Shown: piece after piece, positions 29,195 to 40,326 of the stretch | Position numbering within the stretch: the first letter of the stretch is position 1 | Layout: the number at the start of each line of letters is the position of its first letter | DNA from: an uncultured virus (IMG/VR IMGVR_UViG_3300030101_004641) | Lineage: Duplodnaviria > Heunggongvirae > Uroviricota > Caudoviricetes | Strand: one strand, 5' to 3' | Length of the DNA: 64,000 nucleotides | IMG/VR virus record: IMGVR_UViG_3300030101_004641 | Program-made: the position numbers and the translations under genes | The notes under the pieces: model-generated | Seen by the model: the letters and a program-made list of their open reading frames with translations, nothing else | Database searches by the model: none | Told to the model about the DNA's origin: nothing

Positions 29195-29828
29195 TTTTTT
29201 TCACAATATTCTTCGTAAGTCCTTTAATAATATTTACTAAAACAGGACTGGTTGCTGCTATTGAGGCTATTATTATCGTGTTTATGACTAGGGTTGGCTC
29301 TGGAAGCCATTGATCAACATATTCTACATCTTCCCAAATAGTTAGGCATTCTGTTTTTGACTCATTATAACGAAATTCCTTAATTCTCTCCAAACGTTTT
29401 TCATTGGCAAACGAGCCCACTCTTAATTTTGAATTAGGATCTGGACATGGAGGAAAAAATACTTTTTTTTCTTTTCTTTCTGGAATCTTTGTTTCTTTTG
29501 TTTCTTTTAGTATTACTGGTTCTTCAGTTTTCTTTTTTTCTTTTACATCATTTGAATAAATCATTTTAGATCTATCGAACTGTAATGGCACAATCTCTGG
29601 TACTTCACCCCAAGGGCAACTCCAAAAAAATCCTCTAGGATCATCATTTATAAGATTAGAATTTTTATCTGCATCACGATGAGTTTTATAGCAACCTGGA
29701 AGCATTAAGGATGGCTCATTAAAAACAGGATGAACTACGTAATCTCCAAATATTTTTACTGGCTCTATAACTTGAACAGGTATATGAGGTATAGATATAT
29801 CAGGTACGCCTATAACTGGGATAGTCAT
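29145..29828 (-). CDS. Membrane-anchored cyanophage protein
   Basis: PGC..H, CP motifs; C-terminal TM helix and basic tail. Confidence 0.6.
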   Translation of the reverse strand: MTIPVIGVPDISIPHIPVQVIEPVKIFGDYVVHPVFNEPSLMLPGCYKTHRDADKNSNLINDDPRGFFWSCPWGEVPEIVPLQFDRSKMIYSNDVKEKKKTEEPVILKETKETKIPERKEKKVFFPPCPDPNSKLRVGSFANEKRLERIKEFRYNESKTECLTIWEDVEYVDQWLPEPTLVINTIIIASIAATSPVLVNIIKGLTKNIVKKITSSRKKKNDNASQSD

Positions 29829-30096
29829 TTAAAGGGTATGGATAATCCTGTTTTACTTGGCAGTTCATTCTCTATTGCTTTAGGTAAGACATTCTGTATA
29901 TCTCCCATAATTTTGTTTTTAATTAATTTCTCAAAATTATCACTAGTTACATATCTGTAACCGTAAATACCAGCTCCTATTATTGTTAAAGTAAGAACTC
30001 CTGAAGCTACAGCTATGATATTAAAAATTTTTTGCATTTTTTTTAAGTATTTAATTAAATTTTACTAAATTGATATGTCTCATGCAACAGTACGTA

Positions 30097-30627
30097 TTAC
30101 GTAGCACTAGTAACTGTCTCCCATGCTGTGCCATTATATACCTGTAATTTATTTAATGATGTATTGTAGATAAACGCTCCTGAAACTAATCCTGTTAAAT
30201 TACCTCTTTGTGTCGTAGTAATTTTTGGAGGAACCATAAATCTTGTAGTAACAGCATTAACGGCTGAAAAATCTGGTGCAATTTTTGATCCTGCTATCCC
30301 AGCACTGTTACTTATTTTTGCATTTGTTATAACCTGATCTGCTACGTTTGCAGTATTTATTCCTGCTCCTAAAATTAATCCAAAGAAATCAAGACCTGAA
30401 GCAGGTGCTGTCGTGAAAGTTATAGTACTAGCAGCAATTGTATAATCAGTTCCCGGATTTTGAATAACACCACCTACAGAAACAATAATATTATTTGCGC
30501 TTTCTGGACTTACATTTACAGAGGAAACTTGTAGAGTAAAAGCAGTAGTACTTCCGTTAAAACTGCTTGATATATCATCAACTTCTCTATTTTGACCTGG
30601 TGAAGGTTCTGCTCCTATGTATGCCAT
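30097..30627 (-). CDS. Short fibre/virion protein
   Basis: N-terminal YIG..DDISSSFNGSTTAFTL domain paralogous to the N-terminus of the long fibre. Confidence 0.7.
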   Translation of the reverse strand: MAYIGAEPSPGQNREVDDISSSFNGSTTAFTLQVSSVNVSPESANNIIVSVGGVIQNPGTDYTIAASTITFTTAPASGLDFFGLILGAGINTANVADQVITNAKISNSAGIAGSKIAPDFSAVNAVTTRFMVPPKITTTQRGNLTGLVSGAFIYNTSLNKLQVYNGTAWETVTSAT

Positions 30628-30684
30628 CTAAATTACTAGTTTTAATATTATCTAGTTTAAAATGTCTACTTTTACCGATTATTT

Positions 30685-33600
30685 TTATGCTGCTTCAAGG
30701 GCTGCGACTTTTGCTGATAATTCTTTCACTGCGTTTATTAAAATAGGTACAATTCTTTCATATTTCATAGTGTATGATCCACTTGAATTTATTGATGAAA
30801 TTAACATATCTTCTTTTGTTTGACCAAAGCCAAATTCTTTTTCTATTTCTAATTCTTCTTGTGCAATTAAACCTAATTCAAGTTGTGGTGCTTTTTTAGA
30901 TCCATCAGGAGAACCATCTTTATACCAATCTCTATTATCCCAACGATAAGTAACAGGTCTCATTTTGTTTACCCAATCCAATCCAAAATTAAAATCAGTT
31001 ATATCTGTTTTGTCTCTTTTATCTGAACCTGTTTGAAAAGCTACTTGAATATGTGCGGCACTAACACTTGAATCGCCTATACAAACTGTATTACTTGCTG
31101 TTGAAACTGTTCCAGAGGGTGAGCTACTTGTTCCCGCACGTTTTCCAATAAATGTATTATTAGAACCTGTTGTCACATCAAATCCAGAAATTGTTCCTAC
31201 ACATGTATTATTTTCTCCAGTTGTGTTAAGCCTCATAGCGTCCATTCCCATTGCTACGTTATTATCTGCCGTTGTATTATCAGCTAGACAATTTTCTCCT
31301 ATCGCAACATTCCCTGATCCTGTAGTATTATCTGTTAACGCAAATACTCCAAAAGCACAATTTTTGTCTCCAGTAGTATTTGTGTCTAAAGCTTGACGAC
31401 CAACAGCAGTGTTATCTGTTCCAGTTGTGTTTGCAAATAATGCATTTTCTCCAACAGCAGTATTATTGCTTGCGGTNNNNNNNNNNCCAGTAGTACAAGC
31501 ATCTAAAGCTAAAGAACCTACAGCAGTATTTTGTATTCCAGTTGTTATTTCTCCACAAGAGTTATTACCTACTGATGTATTATTAGACGCTGTTGTATTA
31601 TTTGCTAAAGCATTTCTACCAACAGCCGTATTATCTGTTCCTGTGGAATTAGTTGTTAAAGCTTGATAGCCAATTGCTGTGTTATCATCTGCTGTAGTGT
31701 TGGCATCTAAAGCTAAAGAGCCAACTGCTACGTTTCTTGTTCCAGTTGTGTTTGCAAATAATGCATTTTCTCCAACAGCAGTATTATTGCTTGCAGTTGT
31801 ATTACTACCCATACTTCCACGACCTATAGATATATTTTTTTCTCCTGTAGTATTAAAACTTAAAGCACCAAATCCCAAAGCAATATTTCTATCTCCTGTA
31901 GTGTTAGCATCTAAAGCAAAAGCACCCACTGCTACATTTTCTGTTCCAGTTGTGTTTTTTTGTAAAGTTGCAAATCCAACAGCCGTATTATTATCTGCTG
32001 TATTCTCCTCTAAACAATCTCTTCNNNNNNNNNNTATTTTGGTCACCACTGGTATTATGTCTAAAACAATTGACACCCATTGCTGTATTATTATTACCAC
32101 TTACATTATCTTCACCACAATTTAAACCAACAACTGTGTTTGATGTTCCAGTTGTATTTACCAATAATGCGTCTGCTCCAATTGCAGTATTATTAGATCC
32201 TGTCGTATTATCTCTTAAAGAAAGACTACCGATTGCTGTATTAGCAGAACCTGTTGTGTTATTTGATAATGCTGTACTACCGAAAGCAGAGTTATTATCA
32301 GAAGTAGTATTTGCTCCTAAAGCATTAACACCAACCGCTGAATTATTACCTCCTGTTGTGTTTGCATCAAGCGCACCAGTTCCCACAGCTGTATTTAAAA
32401 CACCAGTTGTATTAGAACCTAAAGCTCCATAACCAACTGCTGTAGCATTACTAGCAGTAGTATTAGCATCTAAAGCTCCTGCACCTACGGCTGTGTTTAA
32501 ATCTCCAGTTGTGTTTGCTGATAAGGTTAGATGGCCAAGAGCAGTATTATTATTTGCTGTTGTATTGTTAGCTAAAGCTGATGTTCCAACTGATACATTT
32601 TGCGTACCAGTTGTATTTACATGTAACGATCTCCACCCAACAGCTACGTTATTAGCTGCCGTTGTATTAGCTTCCAAAGATTCAGCACCAAATGCAGTGT
32701 TAAACCCTCCAGTGGTATTTATTATCATAGAACGATGACCCACTGCTGTATTAAGTTGTCCTGTTGTGTTATTAGCTAAACCACTAAATCCAACAGCAGT
32801 ATTAGAACTTGCTGTTGTGTTATCTGCTAAAGCATCGTGACCAACCGCTGTATTCTCAGCTCCAGTTGTATTTGTTGTTAATGCTTGTATTCCAACGGCA
32901 GTATTATTATCAGCTGTAGTATTAGCATCTAATGCGAAAGCACCGACAGCTACGTTGTCTGCTCCAGTTGTGTTTTCCCTTAAAGCAGAATAACCTACAG
33001 CAGTATTGTTATCGGCAGTCGTATTTTTTCTTAAAGAATCTACTCCAGTTGCAGTGTTCTTATCTCCAGTAGTATTATCTGTTAAAGAAGCTTGTCCTAC
33101 TGCTGTGTTTTCTGCTCCCGTAGTGTTATCTGATAAAGTAGCTTGACCTATTGCAGTATTATCGTTTGCTGTAGTATTTGCATCTAAGGCTTGCTCTCCT
33201 ACCGCTGTATTTTGTTGACCACTAGTATTTAGAGTTAAAGCGTTTTTACCAATTGCCGTATTTTTTTCACCAGTAACAGCAGCATCTAAAGCACTTTCTC
33301 CAAGAACTGTGTTACCGGCAACAGAGTTCGCACCTTTACCTACAGTTACGCTATTTATTGTTGCGTCTTTTGAAGTAATTGTTAGTCCATTACCATCTAT
33401 ATTTAATATTTCAGTTGCATTAGAAACAACTCCTATATCTCCAGAACCTTTTCTGTAAAATCCAGTGTCTTCGTCTGCAATAAAAGTTATGGAGGGAGAT
33501 CCGCTGGCTCCTGCAGGGAATGTACCACCTGCATTTAGATAATCAGCAGTCGCATATATTATTCCAAAAAATGCATGTCCACCCGTAGGGGCAGAACTAA

Positions 33601-33832
33601 AAACAATATTTGTTCCAACTAAATTAAATCCTGAAGCTCCAGTAGGATCAGGTTCTTGAATGACTCCATTAACTGATATTAAAATTTGTTGGGGTGATTT
33701 TGGGAAAGGTACGGGAGAGGAACCAGCAACTTGTAACGCAAAAGATGTGGCACTACCGTCAAATCCACTGCTTATATCATCGATTAATCTATAATCGTCA
33801 GCGGCACGAATAGTATTTCCAATATATGGCAT
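30685..33832 (-). CDS. Long tail fibre with NTAxG repeats and C-terminal Peptidase_S74; one gene interrupted by two assembly gaps
   Basis: Track ORFs 31991-33832 and 30685-32100 join across N10 gaps at 32025-32034 and 31477-31486; GSDKRDKTDI...GLIAQE. Confidence 0.85.
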
Positions 33833-33899
33833 AGCAGATTAAACGAGAATTCTTCTTAATTTCTTTAATTATTTTAAGCTCAGTAAATATGAGAACTTT

Positions 33900-34217
33900 C
33901 TAGCTATTAGGTCCTGAAGTTGAAGGTTGAATAGGCCACACAACATCTGTAATTATTGTATATGTTTGAGGTATATCTCTTAAGTTTTGTCTATACGCAG
34001 CCCATTGTGCTTGGTCAACGGAACATCCTGGGAGCACTGTCCAGTCTGTTGATTTTAAAATATAATCTCTTTTTTTTCTGATATTTTCCCAAGTTGAATT
34101 GTCCAACTCTAAAACTTTTTCACCATAAACTATAACTTCAATAGCTTCAACCTTTGCTTTAAGTATCTTGAAATTATCAGATAAATCTACAAGGTCGTTA
34201 TTAACTGATAATCCCAT
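33900..34217 (-). CDS. Tail fibre assembly chaperone
   Basis: WENIRKKRDYILKSTDW...WAAYRQNLRDIPQ. Confidence 0.85.
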   Translation of the reverse strand: MGLSVNNDLVDLSDNFKILKAKVEAIEVIVYGEKVLELDNSTWENIRKKRDYILKSTDWTVLPGCSVDQAQWAAYRQNLRDIPQTYTIITDVVWPIQPSTSGPNS

Positions 34218-34218
34218 T

Positions 34219-34560
34219 TTAGGTCTGCTCTAAATAACTTATTGTGACATCAAGAGCACTGGCTGTGTCAGTTCTTACTCTCAAAACATCACTAGATTCC
34301 ATAATTACTTTTGAACCACTAATTAACTCAAGTGATGAACCTGCTGGTATTGGTGCATTTCTTATTAAAAAAACATCATCTCCTGTATTAGTTACTAAGA
34401 AAACATCAGCATCAGCACTAGCTCCTGTTTTATTAGAAACTAAAATGCTCAGAAGAACTAATGTTGCAGAACCACCAGCAGACAAGACATTCGCATTAGC
34501 ACTAGTGTGTGCATCTGTAACACAACTTGATTTTGTATCGACTTTGAAGGTGTTTGCCAT
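34219..34560 (-). CDS. Virion structural protein
   Basis: Beta-rich; inside tail module. Confidence 0.55.
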   Translation of the reverse strand: MANTFKVDTKSSCVTDAHTSANANVLSAGGSATLVLLSILVSNKTGASADADVFLVTNTGDDVFLIRNAPIPAGSSLELISGSKVIMESSDVLRVRTDTASALDVTISYLEQT

Positions 34561-34561
34561 A

Positions 34562-34966
34562 TTATCCTAAAGCAATAATTAATGCTAAGTTTTCCGAGGA
34601 ATCAAACAAACCTGTTACTGATAAAGATCCATTTACTTGGACATTACCTGTAAAGGTAGCAGCTCCATTAGCATCTATTGTAAGATGGCTAGACCCACCA
34701 GTGACTAAAGCTATTTGGTCTGCTGCAGGACTTATAATCCCAGTATTTGGATCTCCTGCAAATTTTAAAGCACAATTTGTCGTTGATCCTCTTTCAAATT
34801 GTGAATTAGTACCATCCTGTCTTAAAACGGGAAAACCACCATTTGTTATCGCATCATGTATAACAACAGTTTTTAAAGTAGTATCTACAGTTACTTCACC
34901 ATCAGCACCTTTAAATGATAAGTGCTCAGCTGTTGTTCCTCTTCTAAATTGAACTTGGGTTGCCAT
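34562..34966 (-). CDS. Fibre protein with Mtd_N/hyaluronidase-type N-terminal domain
   Basis: MATQVQFRRGTTAEH...GADGEVTVDT...HD; C-terminal LIIALG shared with neighbour. Confidence 0.75.
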   Translation of the reverse strand: MATQVQFRRGTTAEHLSFKGADGEVTVDTTLKTVVIHDAITNGGFPVLRQDGTNSQFERGSTTNCALKFAGDPNTGIISPAADQIALVTGGSSHLTIDANGAATFTGNVQVNGSLSVTGLFDSSENLALIIALG

Positions 34967-34970
34967 AATA

Positions 34971-36248
34971 CTATCCTAACGCTACTGCTATTGCGGTAGC
35001 AAAACTTTCTGTACTTATTGTCCCATCACTGTCTGGGACAGTCATGGTTCTAGTTGTGCTACCTGAAATTCCTGAACATTCAAAAGCTAATTGTTTTGTA
35101 TTGTCTGAATTATCTTGTACTCTAAAACCACTGTCATTTGTTACTATTGCTGTTGAGGTAATAGAAGATAATCCAGTTATTGTCGTAGCACTAGAACCTA
35201 AAGATATGGCTGTGGATCCTACAGTTACTGTGCTATTAGCTAATTGAGAATTAGGTATAGAACTAGTTCCAAATTGACCTGTTCCTGAGTTATATGTCAA
35301 TCCAGAACCTCCAGCAACACTAAGAGATCCTAATAGTACAACGGTACCTGCTGCGTCTGGAAAAGTAATTGTTCTATCAGCTGTAGGGTCTGTAACAGAT
35401 ATAGTAGTTTCAAAATCATCTGCAGTTGATCCTTCAAAAATTAAATTACCGCTTGCAAGTTTTATTGAATTTGCAGCATCAGCTGAACCAGCTATTAAAG
35501 TAGTTCCGACTAATGTCGTAGAAGTTAAAGATGATAATCCAGCTATTGTGGTTGCAGTAGCTCCTAAAGATATGGAGGTACTTCCAACTGTTAATGAAGA
35601 ATTAGCTAAATTACTGTTAGCAATTGACGATGCTGTAGATAATATTGTTCCGGTTTCGTTTGGTAAAGTAAGAGTTTTATCACTACCTGTGGCATTTTCT
35701 GCTGTCAGTATTGTCTCATTTGCATCCGCTGATGAACCTTCAAAGGTGATATTCCCACTTGCTATTGAAATAGAATTAGCTGCATCTACTGATCCAGAAA
35801 CTAAAGTTGTACCTATAAGAGTTGTAGAAGTTAAAGAAGTTAGACCTGTAAATGTTCCTTGGGTAGCACCTAAAGAAACACTTGTTCCTCCAATAGTTAC
35901 AGCTGAATTAGCTAATTGAGAATTAGGTATTGAGCTAGTCCCAAATTCTCCTGTCCCAGAGTTATAACTTAATCCTGATCCAGAAGCTACACTAAAGTGT
36001 GCTCTAGCTTCAGAGGCAGATGGTCCGGTATATGTAATTACTCCAGAAGTGTTATTGTAAGCTAAAGACCCATCTCCACCACTGTCAGTTACTGATACCG
36101 AACCTCTAGCTCTAGATGTTGTGAAATACTGATTGGAACCTTCACTTAAATCAGTTGTACTATTTCCAGCAAAATCTAATTTATCAGAAGAAGAATTTAA
36201 CTCCTGAAACAAACCAGAAACTATAACAAGTGCTTTTCTTGTTGCCAT
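34971..36248 (-). CDS. Tail fibre-like protein with internal repeats
   Basis: Repeated IPNSQLANS..T.G.T..SLG and FEGS.AD..ET units; ends IAVALG. Confidence 0.75.
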   Translation of the reverse strand: MATRKALVIVSGLFQELNSSSDKLDFAGNSTTDLSEGSNQYFTTSRARGSVSVTDSGGDGSLAYNNTSGVITYTGPSASEARAHFSVASGSGLSYNSGTGEFGTSSIPNSQLANSAVTIGGTSVSLGATQGTFTGLTSLTSTTLIGTTLVSGSVDAANSISIASGNITFEGSSADANETILTAENATGSDKTLTLPNETGTILSTASSIANSNLANSSLTVGSTSISLGATATTIAGLSSLTSTTLVGTTLIAGSADAANSIKLASGNLIFEGSTADDFETTISVTDPTADRTITFPDAAGTVVLLGSLSVAGGSGLTYNSGTGQFGTSSIPNSQLANSTVTVGSTAISLGSSATTITGLSSITSTAIVTNDSGFRVQDNSDNTKQLAFECSGISGSTTRTMTVPDSDGTISTESFATAIAVALG

Positions 36249-36316
36249 TTTATATTGCGACGTAATTCAAAATTTATTGAATCACTAGTTACATTTATTT
36301 TACGTCTAGTAAACTG

Positions 36317-36781
36317 TCAGCTTAGTAAAATAGGAGTTTCTATTTTTATAATAAATTGACCTGTAGAACCTGCCTCACCTACTCGTGTTAAATAATTACC
36401 GGAACCAGAAGGTGGTGTTTCTGTAATTGATCCTGCTGAACTTGTTGATAAAAAATACTCATTACCAAAATTTAAACCAGATGTAGCAATAATTCCTCTT
36501 ACTAATACCCTTACTTGTGATCCGGATGATTCTGTAGTTTCTGCAAAACCAGCAACTTTAGCTTTATCAAAAGTATCATTACCTATAGCTTTACCTATAA
36601 ACCCATCAGATGCCCTTGCATAAACTGCATCTCCTTGAGTCACATTTTCAAATGTGGTAGTAACATAACCAGTAACTTTCGGGGCGGGTGTTCCTTGAAA
36701 GGTTGATTTAAAATCTAAAAGTGATTCTGTAAATCCCTGAGCATTGGGTTCATACGGTTCATAATTTTTTACAATAGCCAT
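36317..36781 (-). CDS. Virion protein, DUF2190/cement-like, paralogue A
   Basis: FENVTQGDAVY.R.SDG..GKA; paralogous to next gene. Confidence 0.6.
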   Translation of the reverse strand: MAIVKNYEPYEPNAQGFTESLLDFKSTFQGTPAPKVTGYVTTTFENVTQGDAVYARASDGFIGKAIGNDTFDKAKVAGFAETTESSGSQVRVLVRGIIATSGLNFGNEYFLSTSSAGSITETPPSGSGNYLTRVGEAGSTGQFIIKIETPILLS

Positions 36782-37311
36782 TAGCTTAATTTAATAGGGG
36801 GTTCGATTTGTATTGCTAATGACGTTGCAGTCGCAGCCTCACCTAAACGAACTACGGCTTGTCCTGCACTTGAAGGAGGTGTTAAAGTTATAGACCCTGC
36901 AGTGCTTGGAGAAAGAAAATATAAATCGCCAGCATCTAAACCACTCATAGTTTTTATACCAATAACAATTACTTTAACTGTAGAATTAGCTGTTGCATCT
37001 GCGTTAGCAAATCCCACTACAATTGCATTTTCTACTGTCCCATCGGCAGCACTTGCTTTTCCTACCTGACCATCAGATGTTCTCATAAATAATGCATCTC
37101 CCTCACTAACATCTTCAAATGCTGTAGCATCAAAACCAACCTGTAAAGGAGCAAAACTGGGAAAACCTTCTTTAACATCTATTACTGCATCAACTAAACC
37201 TCTATAATTAGGCTCATATGGTTGACGAGTCATTGTAAAATTATTTGCTATCATCAAATCTCTTAAGACTGCAATAGCTCCTTCTATATTAGGTTCGTAA
37301 GCAGTGGACAT
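36781..37311 (-). CDS. Virion protein, DUF2190/cement-like, paralogue B
   Basis: FEDVSEGDALF.R.SDG..GKA; two YEPN repeats. Confidence 0.6.
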   Translation of the reverse strand: MSTAYEPNIEGAIAVLRDLMIANNFTMTRQPYEPNYRGLVDAVIDVKEGFPSFAPLQVGFDATAFEDVSEGDALFMRTSDGQVGKASAADGTVENAIVVGFANADATANSTVKVIVIGIKTMSGLDAGDLYFLSPSTAGSITLTPPSSAGQAVVRLGEAATATSLAIQIEPPIKLS

Positions 37312-37365
37312 AATTAACCTCTATTAATATCTATTTTAAACTGTGCCTACTATTATAATAGAAGT

Positions 37366-37611
37366 ATGGAACCTCAAGTAATTGCTGCAATCATATCTGG
37401 TAGTATTGGTGCCTTTGCTGGCATCAGCAGAGCTTTAGGAAATTTTAATAGAAAAATAGATAAAAAATTTGATCGTGTTCAAAGAGAAGTAGATGATTTA
37501 AAAAATAGTGTAATTCATGATTATGTACTAAAGGAAGATTTTCTAAGAGAAATGCAAGCAGTGCATACTAAATTAGATAGAATTTTAGATCATCTTTTAA
37601 GTAAAAATTAA
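37366..37611 (+). CDS. Single-TM coiled-coil protein (holin/spanin-like, uncertain)
   Basis: N-terminal TM; DYVLKEDF...KLDRI. Confidence 0.5.
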   Translation: MEPQVIAAIISGSIGAFAGISRALGNFNRKIDKKFDRVQREVDDLKNSVIHDYVLKEDFLREMQAVHTKLDRILDHLLSKN

Positions 37612-38042
37612 ACATTAACCCAAGCAGAACTGGAGGCTAAATATATCTGTAAAACTCCGCTACCACCTCCAGCTGTATCCCAATGTAATTGACCGTCAAT
37701 GGGATTACTAGGTTGACCAGAAGAAACAGATGCTACGGCTTTTACAGGTTGAAATGACGAACCATCAAATACTTTAAATATCTGAGTGCTTGCTGTGTCT
37801 AACCAAGTCTCCCCTTTGCTTGATGATGTAAATCCGGCTGCTGAATTATTTGGTGCAGTGCTCCCAATATGAACAGGACCTATTTTTATTAATCCTGTAC
37901 TTGGAGAAGCAACATTATCAGCAAAAAATAAACCTGGACTTGTACTATGATTGTTTAATGCAAGTTCACCAATTCCTAACCTTGTTGGAAACGGTCTATC
38001 ATTAAGTGTGCTGGATCTTCTTGTTTGAATTTGTACTGCCAT
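37608..38042 (-). CDS. Short fibre-like protein
   Basis: QIQTRRSS...GELALN; GETWLDT and GQLHWDT repeats. Confidence 0.65.
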   Translation of the reverse strand: MAVQIQTRRSSTLNDRPFPTRLGIGELALNNHSTSPGLFFADNVASPSTGLIKIGPVHIGSTAPNNSAAGFTSSSKGETWLDTASTQIFKVFDGSSFQPVKAVASVSSGQPSNPIDGQLHWDTAGGGSGVLQIYLASSSAWVNV

Positions 38043-38044
38043 AA

Positions 38045-40321
38045 CTAAGTTTCTACGTTTATGTATAGTCCTGCATCTACTACTGTATCTTGGTCAGTAT
38101 TTGGATTATAAGTACTAGCATCAAGATTACTAGTATTTACTGCAGAATCTACTAACTCTCCATTTATATAATCGCCTGCATTAATCAAACCAGATTCGAA
38201 AATATCAGTAAATTCAGTTAAAGGTTTATTTATTATTCCAAACTTAATATCATCTAAAACTGTGGGAGATTTATTAAATAATTTATTTATCATTGCAATC
38301 ATTCTATTTGTAGTGTTTAAAGATCGTCCGGATCTATCCAATCCTCCTTGTGCATCTCGTTTTAAACTATCTGTTAACGTCATTGCTACAACAGATGGAT
38401 CAAAATTAGCTACATTTTGTTTATTATTAAAATTACCAGTAATTTCTTTATTGCCTTCCCATTTTGTTGACCGATTATATAAAGCAAATATCTCTGCAGA
38501 TTCTCTAAGTTTTTCTTGCTCTTTCTTCCAATTTCTTTCCCATGCTTTAAGACCCTGACCTATAGGTTTGTCATTAGGTTCTAGTAGCCATGCTCCAACA
38601 TATTCATGTTTCTTTAAATTTTCTACTGTTACATAACCACTGGTAGTCTCATCGAAAGGATAAATAACTACAAAACTATTGGGATTTGGTACATCACTTA
38701 CTGTGTACTCCCCTGAAATTGCATTTCCACTTGTAAAATTTAATTGAATTTTATCATTTTTATTTAAATTATGATTTTCAAAATCTACTGTAATATTTAC
38801 TCCTGATTGAGAATACGTCGCTGATAATTTAAGTGGCTCATTACCCTCATCATGCACTAACGACCACATAGCTGCATAAATATGCTTGCACCAACGAAGT
38901 TGATAATATTGTAAATTTTGAAAAGAATCTTCTTTTTTGTCTTCATATTCTGGTAATTCATAAAAATTATTAATAGTTACATATCCTAAATCTCTAAATG
39001 TGCCGGGAATATCTCTTTCGTCACTAAGTGTTCCATCTGGTTGCAGTACATTTCCAGGCTTTGTATCTCGAATTGGAGTGACTGGAAATCTCGAAGTGTT
39101 TGATCTTTTAAATAAATCATATGTATCTCTTCTAGAGAAATCTTGGCATGAACAATTCCATCTTAATTCTGTAGTTAAAAACCTACCTACAGCAAAACCC
39201 CTATGGGCTGGTACAGTTGTTTTTGCCACTGTATCTATAGTCTTTGCACCATAGCTATCTTTTTTTTGAAATATTATTTCATTAGTATTAGCATCAGAAC
39301 CAGTAACTGTATATCCTACATAATCGTCATATCTAAATCCTCTTAACAATCTACTCAAAGTAAGATTTCCTGAAGTAGATCCACTAGTTATTGTGGTTAC
39401 CTTAAATTGTGTTGGTGAGGTTACTTCTATTGTGTATCTTCCTGATAAAACATTACCAGTGCTTACATCTAAAAATACTCTATTACCGGTTGATAAACCA
39501 TGAACTGAACTACAGGTAATTGTTGCTTCAGAACCTGATCTTGTATAGGTAGAAGAAATACCAGGATCTTTCTCAATTATTCTATCTGCCATTCTTTCAC
39601 CAGCAAGAAATGCTACTTCTGTAGGTAAAGACCTTAATTTAACTCTTACAAATCGCCAACGAGTATCATTAAATTCTGTCGAATTATGATAGGTCACATC
39701 GCCTGAAGTTGTTAAAGAATTCGTTGCTGTTACCGTAAATGTATTTTGAGTTTTACTTATAATCTCTAATGTTTCATCAATTGCATTTCCAGTAGATATG
39801 TCTAAAAAAACATCGTCACCTGGAAATAATCCATGATCTGTTTTTGTTACAACTAAATTAGTTCCTGTTTGTTGATAAGTGGCATCTACAGATGGAGCTA
39901 AATATCTTACTGCAAGTATTGGTAACCCAAAATTGTAAAAACTAAACCCATCTGTATCTCTCATTCCACATACATGTTCACCTAATTCTTTATTTTTAGA
40001 AGGAAAAGTAAATATTCTTGCTGGTATAAAAACCCCAGGAAACTGTTGAAATGTAAAAAATAATCTATAGTCACCTCTTCTATCTCTTTCTTTAGAAGTT
40101 GATCCTAATATCGTCTGCATCATTACATATAATTCATATCCTCTTCGCCATCTTGTCCACAAAGAATCTTGATTATAAAATTTTACTTCACTCTCTAATT
40201 GATAACCATCAGATCCTTTTGGATAAATACTAAGATCTTTTGATTTATTATCAAAATTTTTAAATTTTTTAGTAAAATCGAAATTTGATGATTTATCAAA
40301 ATCTCTTATTTCGAAAGCCAT
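38045..40321 (-). CDS. Virion-like protein with three HGL beta-repeats and a SWIM-type zinc finger
   Basis: TY.Q/RSG...HGL..G..V.L repeats; CSCQDF...WCKHIYA. Confidence 0.65.
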   Translation of the reverse strand: MAFEIRDFDKSSNFDFTKKFKNFDNKSKDLSIYPKGSDGYQLESEVKFYNQDSLWTRWRRGYELYVMMQTILGSTSKERDRRGDYRLFFTFQQFPGVFIPARIFTFPSKNKELGEHVCGMRDTDGFSFYNFGLPILAVRYLAPSVDATYQQTGTNLVVTKTDHGLFPGDDVFLDISTGNAIDETLEIISKTQNTFTVTATNSLTTSGDVTYHNSTEFNDTRWRFVRVKLRSLPTEVAFLAGERMADRIIEKDPGISSTYTRSGSEATITCSSVHGLSTGNRVFLDVSTGNVLSGRYTIEVTSPTQFKVTTITSGSTSGNLTLSRLLRGFRYDDYVGYTVTGSDANTNEIIFQKKDSYGAKTIDTVAKTTVPAHRGFAVGRFLTTELRWNCSCQDFSRRDTYDLFKRSNTSRFPVTPIRDTKPGNVLQPDGTLSDERDIPGTFRDLGYVTINNFYELPEYEDKKEDSFQNLQYYQLRWCKHIYAAMWSLVHDEGNEPLKLSATYSQSGVNITVDFENHNLNKNDKIQLNFTSGNAISGEYTVSDVPNPNSFVVIYPFDETTSGYVTVENLKKHEYVGAWLLEPNDKPIGQGLKAWERNWKKEQEKLRESAEIFALYNRSTKWEGNKEITGNFNNKQNVANFDPSVVAMTLTDSLKRDAQGGLDRSGRSLNTTNRMIAMINKLFNKSPTVLDDIKFGIINKPLTEFTDIFESGLINAGDYINGELVDSAVNTSNLDASTYNPNTDQDTVVDAGLYINVET

Positions 40322-40326
40322 TCTGT

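Noticed and set aside
31417..32100. Apparent frameshift/split of the long fibre and an exact 57-nt duplicate (31417-31473 = 31738-31794)
   Set aside because: The breaks coincide with two N10 scaffold gaps, and the duplicate abuts one gap; most likely an assembly artefact in repetitive DNA.
15655..33832. Diversity-generating retroelement or invertase shufflon acting on the two fibres
   Set aside because: No reverse transcriptase or recombinase recognised; differences between repeats are not adenine-specific.
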